A stretch of DNA of 64,000 bases from the NCBI GenBank assembly GCA_965214605.1, contig OZ243961.1, positions 2,944,001 through 3,008,000 on the forward strand, written 5' to 3'. Below, piece after piece: positions 50,668 through 60,500 of this stretch. The notes under the pieces are model-generated. The model saw only the letters and a list, made by a program, of their open reading frames with translations, searched no databases and was not told the DNA's origin. Source of the stretch: an uncultured Candidatus Binatia bacterium (GTDB lineage: Bacteria; Desulfobacterota; Binatia; Bin18). Each line of letters begins with the position of its first letter. The first letter of the stretch is position 1. Both the position numbers and the translations under genes were made by a program.

Positions 50668-50847
50668 GCGGGGAGACCTTTCTGTATGGCGTGACACGGG
50701 CGTGACATGGATGTTAAAAAGAACGAAAGTTCGTAATAATACTCTCCCGTAGGGTATCTTCGTCAGGCGTGTCGTGTCTATCCCCTGGAGGCTCCCCCTG
50801 TCAAAAGTCGCCACGGTTCGCTATAGAACAGGGGAGAGAGGATCACT

Positions 50848-52506
50848 ATGAAACGTATGTATCGTCGCATCTTGCTCGTGTATCCCGAATTTCCCCTGAC
50901 CTACTGGGGCATGCAGTACGTCCTGCCCATATTCAACAAGAAATCTTTTATGCCGCCGCTAGGCTTAATCACCATCGCTGCCCTGACGCCGGATGAATAC
51001 GAATTTCGGCTGGTTGACCTCAACTGTGGGTCGTTGACCGATGATGACCTGGAGTGGGCTGATATGGTATGTTTGTCGGCCATGATTTCACAAAAAGCCT
51101 CGCTGTTTGAGGTCGGCGATCGTTGTAAGGCGGCGGGCAAGCTGGTGGTCTTTGGGGGGCCGTTTCCGACCGCCTGCCCCGAGGAGTGTCAGCCCCACGC
51201 CGATGTCATGGTGCTGAATGAAGGCGAGGTCACCTGGCCGGCTTTTCTTGCCGACCTAGAGGCCGGGACCTACCAGGCAGTCTACACCAATTCCGAAAAG
51301 CCCGACGTCACCCAAAGCCCGACGCCCCGCTTTGATCTGCTCGATATCAATCAGTACGGCTCGCTGCCGATTCAGTTCTCGCGTGGCTGTCCGTTCCGGT
51401 GCGAGTTCTGCGACATCATCGTGATGTTTGGCCGTCGGCCCCGGACAAAAACGCCGGCCCAGGTGACGGCCGAGTTAGAGGCCCTGTACCAGGCCGGCTA
51501 CCGGGGCAGTGTCTTTATTGTTGACGACAATTTCATCGGCAATAAGAGGGAAGTCAAAAAGCTGCTGCCCGAGCTAGCGGCCTGGAACGAGGCCCACGAT
51601 TACCCCTTTACCTACATCACCGAAGCCACCGTCGATCTGGCCAACGATGACGAACTGATCGCCCAGATGGTGGCGTCGAATTTTAAAACGGTCTTTCTCG
51701 GTCTTGAGACCCCGTCGATCGAAAGTCTCAAGGAGACCAAGAAGTACCAGAATATTAAGCGCTCGCTGGTCGATTCGGTCAAAGCCATTCAGCACGCCGG
51801 CCTGATGGTCACCGGAGGCTTTATTCTGGGTTTTGACAATGATGGAGAGGACATTTTCGATCGCCAGATCGACTTCATCAGACAAAGTGCCGTGCCCAAC
51901 GCCATGGTCGGGCTGTTAGTCGCCCTGCCCAGCACGCCTCTGTACACACGTCTGGAACAGGCCGGTCGGCTGCTTGATGCGGATTCCGACCGGTTTACCA
52001 CCCACGGCGGCTTCACCAATATTGTCCCGGTCCTGCCGCGTAAGGCCCTGCTCGAAGGCTATCGCAAGATCTTACAAACGATTTACACGCCAAGTGAGTT
52101 CTTTGGGCGCCTGCTCGACACCATGTGCCGTCAACCCGGTCCAACCTCATCGCTCGCCCGAGCGCAAAACGGCCTGCGGCATATGTGGCGTATCCTGGGC
52201 AGTACGGTCGTCCGGCCAGCAGACAGCACCTCACACCAGGATGGTCTGCTGGCCCGTCTGCGGGTGATACAGCAGGCTTTTCGACAACTGCCCGAGGAGT
52301 ATAAACGGGAGAGCCTACGGTTCATCTGGACGCTGCTGAAAAAACGGCCTGACCAAGTCCCCAACTCCCTGCACTCCCTGTTTATTGGCGTCCATCTGTA
52401 TCGGTTCACCTTCGAGCACGTGCTGCCCGAACTCGACGCCCGTCTGGCCCAGTTGCCTAGCCCCGATGAGGCAGAGGTATGGGAGGCCAGCGAGGCGACC
52501 TCCTGA
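50848..52506 (+). CDS. B12-binding radical SAM protein (DUF4070-type)
   Basis: PPLGL, GGP, RGCPFRCEFC (CxxxCxxC) and VDDNF motifs. Confidence 0.92.
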   Translation: MKRMYRRILLVYPEFPLTYWGMQYVLPIFNKKSFMPPLGLITIAALTPDEYEFRLVDLNCGSLTDDDLEWADMVCLSAMISQKASLFEVGDRCKAAGKLVVFGGPFPTACPEECQPHADVMVLNEGEVTWPAFLADLEAGTYQAVYTNSEKPDVTQSPTPRFDLLDINQYGSLPIQFSRGCPFRCEFCDIIVMFGRRPRTKTPAQVTAELEALYQAGYRGSVFIVDDNFIGNKREVKKLLPELAAWNEAHDYPFTYITEATVDLANDDELIAQMVASNFKTVFLGLETPSIESLKETKKYQNIKRSLVDSVKAIQHAGLMVTGGFILGFDNDGEDIFDRQIDFIRQSAVPNAMVGLLVALPSTPLYTRLEQAGRLLDADSDRFTTHGGFTNIVPVLPRKALLEGYRKILQTIYTPSEFFGRLLDTMCRQPGPTSSLARAQNGLRHMWRILGSTVVRPADSTSHQDGLLARLRVIQQAFRQLPEEYKRESLRFIWTLLKKRPDQVPNSLHSLFIGVHLYRFTFEHVLPELDARLAQLPSPDEAEVWEASEATS

Positions 52507-52685
52507 TGTTGGACGGCCGGTCCCTCTCAGGTGAGGAGCGAAAATCGGTCTGAGGCTGTCGGTGCGAGACCTCCAACCATGCGGCCGCCGGCCGGCGATT
52601 GATGCGCTGCTGGTCCAGGGGACTTCCCAACACCCTCAGACTATGCCACATTTTTGCCAAGCCTAACAATGGAAGGAGAGCAGCG

Positions 52686-53063
52686 ATGATTGCATATGTC
52701 ACGCTAGGCACAAACGATATGGATCGGGCGACGAATTTCTATAACGCCCTGCTGGCCGAACTCGACTCTGACGTCAAGGTGATCATGGACGCCGGTCGCA
52801 TTAAACTGTGGGGTAAACCCGGCGTGCCCAACCTGGCCGTGGCCACCCCGTTTGACGGGAATGCCGCCTCCGTCGGTAACGGGGTCATGGTTGCCCTGGC
52901 CGCTGACAGCCCCGAGAAGGTTGACGCCATTCACAAAAAGGCGCTGGAATTGGGCGGCTCTGACGAAGGAGCACCGGGTCGGCGTGGGGGAGATCAGGGT
53001 CCTTACATCGGCTATTTCCGCGATTTGGACGGCAATAAACTCAACGCCATCTGCATGGGCTAA
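52686..53063 (+). CDS. VOC family protein
   Basis: YVTLGTND, GNGVMVAL and YFRDLDGNKL motifs. Confidence 0.92.
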   Translation: MIAYVTLGTNDMDRATNFYNALLAELDSDVKVIMDAGRIKLWGKPGVPNLAVATPFDGNAASVGNGVMVALAADSPEKVDAIHKKALELGGSDEGAPGRRGGDQGPYIGYFRDLDGNKLNAICMG

Positions 53064-53171
53064 GGTCGGTCTGCGCTCGCCCGTCTGGATAGACGGGCGA
53101 TGTCGTCCCCCCCTCTTCTATCCGTTCGAAAACGCCTACCGCGCTCTGTTCACTCAAAACACGGAGGTGCC

Positions 53172-54233
53172 ATGGCGCGCATTCTGACCTGTACCTGGGC
53201 TCCGACCACCCTGGCTATTCCCCAACTCACGACCGGTCAGGCCTCCAAGCTCGGCCTCGCCGAACTCCACGGGCCACAGCTGACCGAGCGTATGCTGGGT
53301 CCTGCCCAGGCCGCCGAAGCGCTCGGCATCGACTACCTTTTGGTCGCCCAGCGTTGGTGGGGCAGCGGGCAGGAAATCGAGGGGCCAACTTATGACTGTT
53401 TGGCCATGACCGCCTTTTACGCCGCCCAGACCAAACGCCTGCGTCTCATTACGGCCATCCATCCCGGTTTTTTCCTGCCCGCGCCGATCGCGAAATGGGG
53501 GGCTACGCTTGATCGGCTGACGGACGGCCGCTGGTCGATTAACCTCACCTCAGGCTGGCACGAGGCCGAGTTCGGCATGTACGGAGCAGAGCTTATTGAA
53601 CACGATGAGCGCTACGCTCGAACGAACGAGTTCGCTGAAATTTTGCGCGGTGCTTGGACGCACGAAGAGTTTGACTACGCCGGGCGTTTTTACCAGGTTC
53701 GCGGCCTGCGCTTGGAACCACGACCAATGTCGCCTCACCTTGAGGTCTTCCAGGGCGGACAATCTGCGGCAGCTATGACGCTGGCGGCCCGACATTCGGA
53801 CTGGATGTTTCTGAACGGCGGCCGGCCGGACAAGATTGGACACATTATTGAGACGGTCCGCAAACGGACGGCTGAGACAGGACGCCGGGTACGGTTTGCC
53901 CTGTACGCCCTTCCCCTGTGCCGCGAGACCGACAGTGAGGCACAGGCGGCTGTTCAGGCCATGGTCGATGCCCAAGACACGGCCGTGCTGGCCCGTCGCA
54001 GGCAAAAGGTCAGCGGTGCGCAGGGGATGTGGCAGCCGAGTGACGATCCCCTGAGCCACTTAGATAGCAACGAGGGTTTGGCCAGCCGCTTGATCGGCAG
54101 CCCGGACACCATCTTGGGGCGGATGCGCGAGTTTCACGAACTGGGGGTCGATTGTTTTCATCTGACGCTGCACGACCGGCTGTTCAATCAGGCGGTGCTG
54201 CCAGCGCTGCAGCAGGCCGCCTGGGCGCAATGA
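53172..54233 (+). CDS. LLM-class flavin-dependent monooxygenase (SfnG/SsuD-like)
   Basis: LITAIHPG, GRWSINLTSGW and FQGGQS..AARHSDW motifs. Confidence 0.88.
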   Translation: MARILTCTWAPTTLAIPQLTTGQASKLGLAELHGPQLTERMLGPAQAAEALGIDYLLVAQRWWGSGQEIEGPTYDCLAMTAFYAAQTKRLRLITAIHPGFFLPAPIAKWGATLDRLTDGRWSINLTSGWHEAEFGMYGAELIEHDERYARTNEFAEILRGAWTHEEFDYAGRFYQVRGLRLEPRPMSPHLEVFQGGQSAAAMTLAARHSDWMFLNGGRPDKIGHIIETVRKRTAETGRRVRFALYALPLCRETDSEAQAAVQAMVDAQDTAVLARRRQKVSGAQGMWQPSDDPLSHLDSNEGLASRLIGSPDTILGRMREFHELGVDCFHLTLHDRLFNQAVLPALQQAAWAQ

Positions 54234-56047
54234 AACATATCACCTGTGCACAGGATATCCGGGCCGTGCTCAGACGGCTGCTCAGCAGCGCGCTGCTGAG
54301 CGTCCTCATGGCCCCTCGTCCAGCGCTTGCCGTAGACGAAGCGCGCCTTCTCGGTGCGGACCAAGACCACAAGAATTGGCTTACCTACGGGCATGGCTAC
54401 GCGAACCAGCGCTATAGCGGCCTCAGCCAGATTGATACCACAAACGTCCGACGCCTCGTGCCCAAGTGGATCTACCAGACGGGCGTGTTGGGAACCTTCC
54501 CAACTAACCCGATTGTTGCTGACGGGGTCATGTATCTGACTACGCCAGGCAACCATGTGGTTGCTCTCGACGCGGCCAGCGGAGCCCTGCGCTGGCGTTA
54601 CACCCATCGGATGGCCGTTGAGACGCTGTGTTGCGGCTCGCATAACCGGGGGCTGGCACTCGGCTATGGACGGCTGTACATGATCACCGCTGACGCCCGC
54701 CTCCTTGCGCTAGACGCAGCGAGTGGGGCGCTCGTATGGGACACGACGGTTGTCGATCCGATGACCGGAAATGCGGACGATTTGGCCGCCCTCAAAACGG
54801 TCGGGACTCCGACGTCCGACAGCTTTGCCCAGTGGACCCGGTTTGCCGGTAATATGGCGCCGGTGGTGTACAACGGCAAGGTCTTTGTCGGGGTGAGTGG
54901 GACCGGCTACAGCGCCGTCTTAGGCGAGGCCGAGGCGGGTGGACCGTCCGTGCTTGGGCGGGCCGGCACTCGGCGTGGTCTGCGCGCGTTTTTGTCCGCC
55001 TATGACGCTGCGTACGGACATTTGGTCTGGCGCTGGTACTCCACGGCTGCCGAGGGTTGGGAGGGCGAGTTCGTCGGGCGAACCGTGTTTGGTGACGTCT
55101 TAGAGCGCGATCTGGCCGCCGAGCGTGCCAGTGCCGATACCTACCGCGGGGCGTGGAAGACTGGTGGGGGCTCGATTTATTCCTCGCCGTCCATCGACCC
55201 CGAACTGGGACTGATTTATTTCGGGACTGGGAACGCCTCGCCGGGGTATGCCGACGCCAAGCGGCCGGGCGATAATCTGTACACCGCCTCGCTGATCGCC
55301 CTGGACGTCAAAACCGGCCAACTGCGCTGGTATCACCAGATCGTACCGCACGACATCTGGGGCTACGATGTGGCCAATCCGCCCGTCTTGTTCGATTTTG
55401 TGTCCAAGGGGACGACGGTGCGGGCCGTGGCCGAAGCATCGAAATCAGGCTGGGTCTATCTCTTCGATCGGGCGACAGGTGAGGTGTTGCGGCGCTCTGA
55501 GGCGTTTGTCCCGCAAAACGATTCGATGTTCCGCCGCCCGACTCCCGCCGGCCTTGTGATTGCGCCGGGTGCGGGTGGAGGGGCGAATTGGCCGCCGACA
55601 TCCTACAGTCCCGAAACGGGTTGGCTCTACGTGTCGGCAAGCCACAATCCCACCTGTTATACGCTTGAGCCAGGCGCCGATGGCCATCCGGATGGGGTGG
55701 TGATCTCGTTTGACGAACAGGTCGAACGCTGGGGAACACTCAGCGCAATCGATCCCCGGAGTGGAAAAATCGCCTGGCAGGTCAGAACCGAGCTGCCACT
55801 GCTGAGCGGCTCGGTAGCAACGGCAGGCGGCCTCCTCTTTCACGGACAGTCCAACGGCGAGTTTGTCGCCCGCAGTGCCAAAGACGGGACCAAGCTCTGG
55901 TCCTTTACCACCGGGGCCGGGGTGAATGCGCCGCCGGTCAGCTATGGGGTGGGAGGAAAACAATTTGTGGCGGTCGCGTCCGGCGGCCACCGTCTGTTCA
56001 ATTTTCCGTTAGGCGACGCGGTGATCGCGTTTGGGCTCCCGGATTAA
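54230..56047 (+). CDS. PQQ-binding beta-propeller dehydrogenase-like protein with atypical active site
   Basis: Signal peptide; RYSGLSQI, vicinal CC, Trp-docking repeats, GTGN, GDNLY, HDIWGYD and GGANW motifs. Confidence 0.9.
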   Translation: MKHITCAQDIRAVLRRLLSSALLSVLMAPRPALAVDEARLLGADQDHKNWLTYGHGYANQRYSGLSQIDTTNVRRLVPKWIYQTGVLGTFPTNPIVADGVMYLTTPGNHVVALDAASGALRWRYTHRMAVETLCCGSHNRGLALGYGRLYMITADARLLALDAASGALVWDTTVVDPMTGNADDLAALKTVGTPTSDSFAQWTRFAGNMAPVVYNGKVFVGVSGTGYSAVLGEAEAGGPSVLGRAGTRRGLRAFLSAYDAAYGHLVWRWYSTAAEGWEGEFVGRTVFGDVLERDLAAERASADTYRGAWKTGGGSIYSSPSIDPELGLIYFGTGNASPGYADAKRPGDNLYTASLIALDVKTGQLRWYHQIVPHDIWGYDVANPPVLFDFVSKGTTVRAVAEASKSGWVYLFDRATGEVLRRSEAFVPQNDSMFRRPTPAGLVIAPGAGGGANWPPTSYSPETGWLYVSASHNPTCYTLEPGADGHPDGVVISFDEQVERWGTLSAIDPRSGKIAWQVRTELPLLSGSVATAGGLLFHGQSNGEFVARSAKDGTKLWSFTTGAGVNAPPVSYGVGGKQFVAVASGGHRLFNFPLGDAVIAFGLPD

Positions 56048-56598
56048 ATCTCTTCCACCCCGCTTGGCCCGGCAGGACAAGATACTTGTCGCTCTAGCTC
56101 GAACACGTGCTCATCCATCACGCCGATCGCGCGTAAACTGTCGGCGAGTCGGATAAGATACTCGGCGTTTGAGCCGCTCGGTCCTGTTGCGTGACGAATT
56201 TGACGGGCGATATCCAACACGGGCGCGGGACCCAAATACTCCGGATTGTCCTCCTCGGCAACGTACATGCACGCGTTGCCGAGCGGCTCGGATGCGCCGC
56301 AGTAAAATTGTACCCAGTGGCGTCGGAATCCCCCTTGTTCCCGCTGATCGAGGTAGGATAAGACCGAGTCGAATGAACCCTCAGCGATGTGGTAGGCGAC
56401 TCCCCAACACACCGCCGTAGTATCGGCGACGAGGGTCACCACCCGTCCAGGCGAGCCGGGAACGCCACGGTGATCGGTCGAGCCCTGATAGAAACGCCGC
56501 GCCCAGCCACGGATATAGCCGATTTGTCGCTGGGTAAATAAAAAGCCTGGGTTCCAGATCAGGGAGCCGTAGCCAAAAATCCACGTCGTATCCTGCAT
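56044..56598 (-). CDS. chaC: ChaC-family gamma-glutamylcyclotransferase
   Basis: WIFGYGSLIW, DHRG..PGRVVTL, RE and GPSGSNAEY motifs. Confidence 0.9.
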   Translation of the reverse strand: MQDTTWIFGYGSLIWNPGFLFTQRQIGYIRGWARRFYQGSTDHRGVPGSPGRVVTLVADTTAVCWGVAYHIAEGSFDSVLSYLDQREQGGFRRHWVQFYCGASEPLGNACMYVAEEDNPEYLGPAPVLDIARQIRHATGPSGSNAEYLIRLADSLRAIGVMDEHVFELERQVSCPAGPSGVEEI

Positions 56599-56779
56599 GC
56601 TCGCCCCGTCACTGCCGGTGTTCGTCTCCGCGCACAGCCTCGCTCTTCACCTCTGCCACTATCATAGATTCAGCCAAACGACATCTTATCTCTATGCAAT
56701 TCGTGAGCTTTCTGACACAGTCATAGGGCCGTGTAGAACACGCACGAAGAAAGGCCGCTAGACACTAGGGCTTTAGCCC

Positions 56780-56990
56780 TGATGAAGAGGCGCTGAAGCA
56801 GGCTGGTGCCCCGGAGGACAAAGCCGGTAGAGCCGCCGCGGGACCGGCGGAGTATAAAGACTGCTCGGCGAGTGGGGAGCGCAGGCTGTCGATCTTGGAG
56901 TGGCAAGCCGCCTGCCTGACGGTGATGACCGCAGTGCCCCGCCTCTCATCTGCGGCTGGGCGCCTTGTCCTGGGGCTGTGGAGCAGCAGA
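56780..56990 (+). pseudogene. Startless remnant of a small coiled-coil/TM protein
   Basis: Reads EALKQAGAPEDKAGRAA..ERRLSILEW with no valid start codon. Confidence 0.35.
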
Positions 56991-57000
56991 GGAGAGGAGT

Positions 57001-57555
57001 ATGTCTCCAGATCAGGTGTTCAAAAAGCCGTATCTGCGTACAGCTATGATTCCCGGCTCGTTTCCCTTGGTCGGACCGGATGATGATCCGCCAGAGGTCT
57101 TAGGGGTCGACCACCTTGATATCACGGTGACCGATCTGTCCCGTTCCCTGCCGTTTTATGAAAAGATTCTGGGTGCCTTGGGGTTTCGCAAGATGATCCA
57201 CCCGCACTACAACGGGTTTCACAACGCCTACCTCATTATTGGCATCAAGGAGGCGGCGGCGGAAGAGAGAGCCGTCGGTCATAATCGTTTTCGAGCCGGC
57301 CTGCACCATCTGGCACTCAAGGCCAAACACCGCCAAGACGTTGATCGCTTCTACGATTTTCTGGTGGTCGAGGGGGTGACTGTCTTAGATCCGCCGGCTT
57401 CTTACCCAGAGTATGGGCCGCAGTATTATGCGGTCTTTTTTGCCGATCCGGATGGTATCAAACTGGAGCTGGTGCACTATCCGGTCCAGTGGGGCTACTG
57501 GTCCACAACACAGCTGGAAGGCGCGGACGAGCGGCCGCGGAGTGAGCCTGACTAA
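57001..57555 (+). CDS. VOC family protein
   Basis: DHLDITV, GLHHLA and FADPDGIKLE motifs. Confidence 0.9.
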   Translation: MSPDQVFKKPYLRTAMIPGSFPLVGPDDDPPEVLGVDHLDITVTDLSRSLPFYEKILGALGFRKMIHPHYNGFHNAYLIIGIKEAAAEERAVGHNRFRAGLHHLALKAKHRQDVDRFYDFLVVEGVTVLDPPASYPEYGPQYYAVFFADPDGIKLELVHYPVQWGYWSTTQLEGADERPRSEPD

Positions 57556-57579
57556 AGTTCGAGCAAAAGGAGGAGGACG

Positions 57580-58341
57580 ATGCCGAACCTAGAAGACTAT
57601 GCCAACAAGTATCAAGATATCCGCATGCAGCGTCGCAATGGGATCTTGGAGATGACCCTCCATAACAACGGTGGCCCCATGGTGTGGAACGAAAGCATCC
57701 ACCGGGAGTTCGCCTATGCGTGTAGCGACATTGGCGCCGATCCAGAAAATAAGGTGGTCATTATGACAGGGACCGGCGATGCCTTTTGTAGCGATATTGA
57801 TTTCTCCAGCTTTAGCGGTGATCTGGGCACCCCGCAGGGCTGGGACAAGATTTATTGGGAAGGCAAGCGCCTGCTGGTCAACCTGTTGGACATTGAGGTG
57901 CCGATGATTGCCGCGGTCAACGGTCCGGCTCTGATCCATGCCGAAATCGCCGTGTTGTGCGATATTGTCCTGGCCTCGGACACGGCCGCCTTCCAAGACG
58001 CGCCGCATTTTCCGAACGGCGTCGTGCCGGGCGACGGAGTGCATCTGGTCTGGCCGCTGCTGCTCGGGGCAAATCGGGGACGCTATTTCCTACTGACGGG
58101 CCAGAAGTTGTCGGCCCAGGAAGCGCTCAATCTTGGAGTTGTCAATGAAGTCCTCCCCAAAGATGCTCTCCTGGCCCGAGCCTGGGAGCTGGCCGAGCAA
58201 CTGGCTGAAAAACCGCCTCTGACCCTGCGCTACGCGCGGGTTGCCATGACCCAAGAACTCAAGCGTTTGATCAGAGACGGGCTAGGCTATGGGCTGGCCT
58301 TAGAAGGTCTGGCGGCCATGGACCGTCAGCCAGGCAGCTAA
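57580..58341 (+). CDS. Crotonase-family protein, 6-oxocamphor (beta-diketone) hydrolase-like
   Basis: [31 protein letters not shown]; His/Asp dyad pattern. Confidence 0.85.
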   Translation: MPNLEDYANKYQDIRMQRRNGILEMTLHNNGGPMVWNESIHREFAYACSDIGADPENKVVIMTGTGDAFCSDIDFSSFSGDLGTPQGWDKIYWEGKRLLVNLLDIEVPMIAAVNGPALIHAEIAVLCDIVLASDTAAFQDAPHFPNGVVPGDGVHLVWPLLLGANRGRYFLLTGQKLSAQEALNLGVVNEVLPKDALLARAWELAEQLAEKPPLTLRYARVAMTQELKRLIRDGLGYGLALEGLAAMDRQPGS

Positions 58342-58389
58342 GCCGACCGACGTGCGGCTGAGCCGGAAAAACGCGGTGGCTATGGAGAG

Positions 58390-58800
58390 AGCCTAGAGGA
58401 TTCTCAAGCGCATGTCGTCAGCTGTTAGAAACCGCGGTGGCTCGGTCGATATCGGTACGGACAAACTTCCCAAGGCAGCGGTTCTCTCCGGGGCCGGCCT
58501 TGCTGGTGGGTTCGGGGACAGTGTCTGCTCGTACCCGTGTTTTTACTCAACCGCGCTAAGGGGGAACGAGGTATTCCTGTGGATGCGGTATCGCGTCGGT
58601 ATCCTGTGGAATTCGGCGCAACGAAATTGGTAGAAAGGGGGCGATCCCGCTTCGGTCGGCCATAATCCATGACTCGACCTCCATGACCGCAATCCGGAGG
58701 AAGAAGTGGGGGGCTGTGGTCCTTTCATCTCATCCATGAGTTGGATGAGTTGTGGTAGACACGGTTCGGGAGAATCTCGCCCCTTCAGGTCAGACTGTGA
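58390..58800 (-). pseudogene. Decayed DUF4276-like (TOPRIM-related) gene
   Basis: DSPEPC.PQLI, FFLRIAVMEVESWIMADRSGIA, IPQDTDAIPHP, LARLS and GP...LGKFV across frames. Confidence 0.7.
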
Positions 58801-58927
58801 GCCTTGCTCTACAGAGAGTTTTTTCCTTGGGAGCATGCCTGTAAGCCGCTGATTTTCCGCCCTGGAAAGCGAGAGGAGCAGGATGAGCCGCCATGGAGCG
58901 TGGTCCCATCCCGGCCGGGCAGACCCG

Positions 58928-60367
58928 TTACCGCAAATCGCTCGTCTCCCACCGCCTCGCCCGCTCGATTTTCCACAGCCGCTCCTGCTCGGCTATCCAG
59001 CGCCGTTTCTTGGCCGCTTGCTCTCGAATCTGCCTCCCCATCCGTCCCGCCTCAGTACTCCTCTCGCTGGGGTCACGGAGGTTGAGCTCTCGTTCCACAA
59101 TGCCACGTTTCCACCAGACCGCTTGCAGATGTTGTTTCGCAATATTGAAGGATGGGAAAAGAACCCCCAGGCGACGAAATCGTTCCTCTCTGTCCTTGGT
59201 CGAGATCTCGACATCGCTGCGCCATCTGGTGACCACGGGTCTAAAGATCAGCTCGGCGTAGCGAGCTACCAAGGCACTCATATAGGCGTCGATCAAGCCG
59301 CCTTGTCGGATCACTGCCTCAAAACCGGGCAAGGTTTGTCTCGCGATGTGTGAAAAGACGTGGCTGACGGCGACGAGGGATTCGTGAGCTCTGGCCGTAG
59401 CGTAGGCGGTGTCGTACTCCTGTTGAGCCAGGATTGCAGCAAAGGATTGCCAGTCGTGAGCCCCTCTCAGTGACGAGGCCGCGACCATGTCGGCTGGCGG
59501 CTTGCGCGGGTAAGGCGGCGGCAGTCTCTCACTGTCCCGAAAAATGACAACGGGTGGAATGTCCAACAGGGCTCGGCTGTGCTCCCACGCGACCCGCTCA
59601 GCATTCTTTTCATCCTCCTCCAGGATGGACTGAAAAGTCTGCCGTACGTCTCTGATGTCTGGCTTGTCCAAGCGAGTCCAGCCCCGGCGTATGCTTTCCG
59701 CGGCCAGATATCTCGCGAGCACCGTTTCCTCTTGGCCGACAAGAACGTGGTAACGCCTGACGATCATCTCAGCCGTCCACACTCCAAGGCCAATATCGCA
59801 CAGCACGGGCAGACTAGTGAGGGCTATGAGAGCGATCAGCGTGTGGACAACAAGTTTGTGATTGGCCAGGCGTGTCCTGCCGTGTCTCGTTCCCAAATAG
59901 GACACACTCACGATCAGACAGGTCAGCAGGCCACACACAAACAGCCAGACCGACCAAGGGCGGAAATCTTTTAGCCCGATCTGAAACTGCAGCAAGCCGT
60001 GCTCAATAGGGCGCAAGCCCTCCGGGTCTAGGCTGTAGGACAGACCGCTGCACACGAAGAGTCCGGCCGACAGCGTCACGAACGCGATAAAGAGGAGCAA
60101 AAGAGCCGGGGCGGCGACTTGTCCCAGCTGACCGCCGCGGCGTGCTTTCGACCAGGCTCCGAAGTTAAGCAGTAAGACCACACAGACCGGCCAGGTCCAG
60201 ACCAAAAAGAAACCGCTCAGAGCGACAGCCAAGCTCACCCCACACGCGGGCAATGCGGTCCTACCAAGCCATTTCCGAGCATGATTCGTCTTGGACAAAA
60301 TTCTCCTGTCGCTCAGAGCGGTGTGGACACCTCGGGCTCTTCCCAGGCTCAGAGCCGCACGCGACAT
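58928..60367 (-). CDS. Hypothetical membrane protein (N-terminal TMs, helical C-terminus)
   Basis: 479-aa ORF with 4-5 hydrophobic segments; start uncertain. Confidence 0.6.
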   Translation of the reverse strand: MSRAALSLGRARGVHTALSDRRILSKTNHARKWLGRTALPACGVSLAVALSGFFLVWTWPVCVVLLLNFGAWSKARRGGQLGQVAAPALLLLFIAFVTLSAGLFVCSGLSYSLDPEGLRPIEHGLLQFQIGLKDFRPWSVWLFVCGLLTCLIVSVSYLGTRHGRTRLANHKLVVHTLIALIALTSLPVLCDIGLGVWTAEMIVRRYHVLVGQEETVLARYLAAESIRRGWTRLDKPDIRDVRQTFQSILEEDEKNAERVAWEHSRALLDIPPVVIFRDSERLPPPYPRKPPADMVAASSLRGAHDWQSFAAILAQQEYDTAYATARAHESLVAVSHVFSHIARQTLPGFEAVIRQGGLIDAYMSALVARYAELIFRPVVTRWRSDVEISTKDREERFRRLGVLFPSFNIAKQHLQAVWWKRGIVERELNLRDPSERSTEAGRMGRQIREQAAKKRRWIAEQERLWKIERARRWETSDLR

Positions 60368-60500
60368 ATCCTTTCTGACGACTCAGCGATTGGACACGTC
60401 CAAGCATAACGCTCAAGTCCCAACAGTTGCAACAATCCGCCGACCCGCCTATAAGGCCGAGAGAACACGCCTGGCAGCGCAGGCTGCAAAGGAGGAGCGC

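Noticed and set aside
50848-52506. Calling the radical SAM gene hpnP
   Set aside because: Only family-level motifs are visible and there is no hopanoid gene context.
56766-56800. Hairpin followed by CTGATGA, a possible ribozyme
   Set aside because: No stem II or GAAA follows, and the region reads as a protein remnant.
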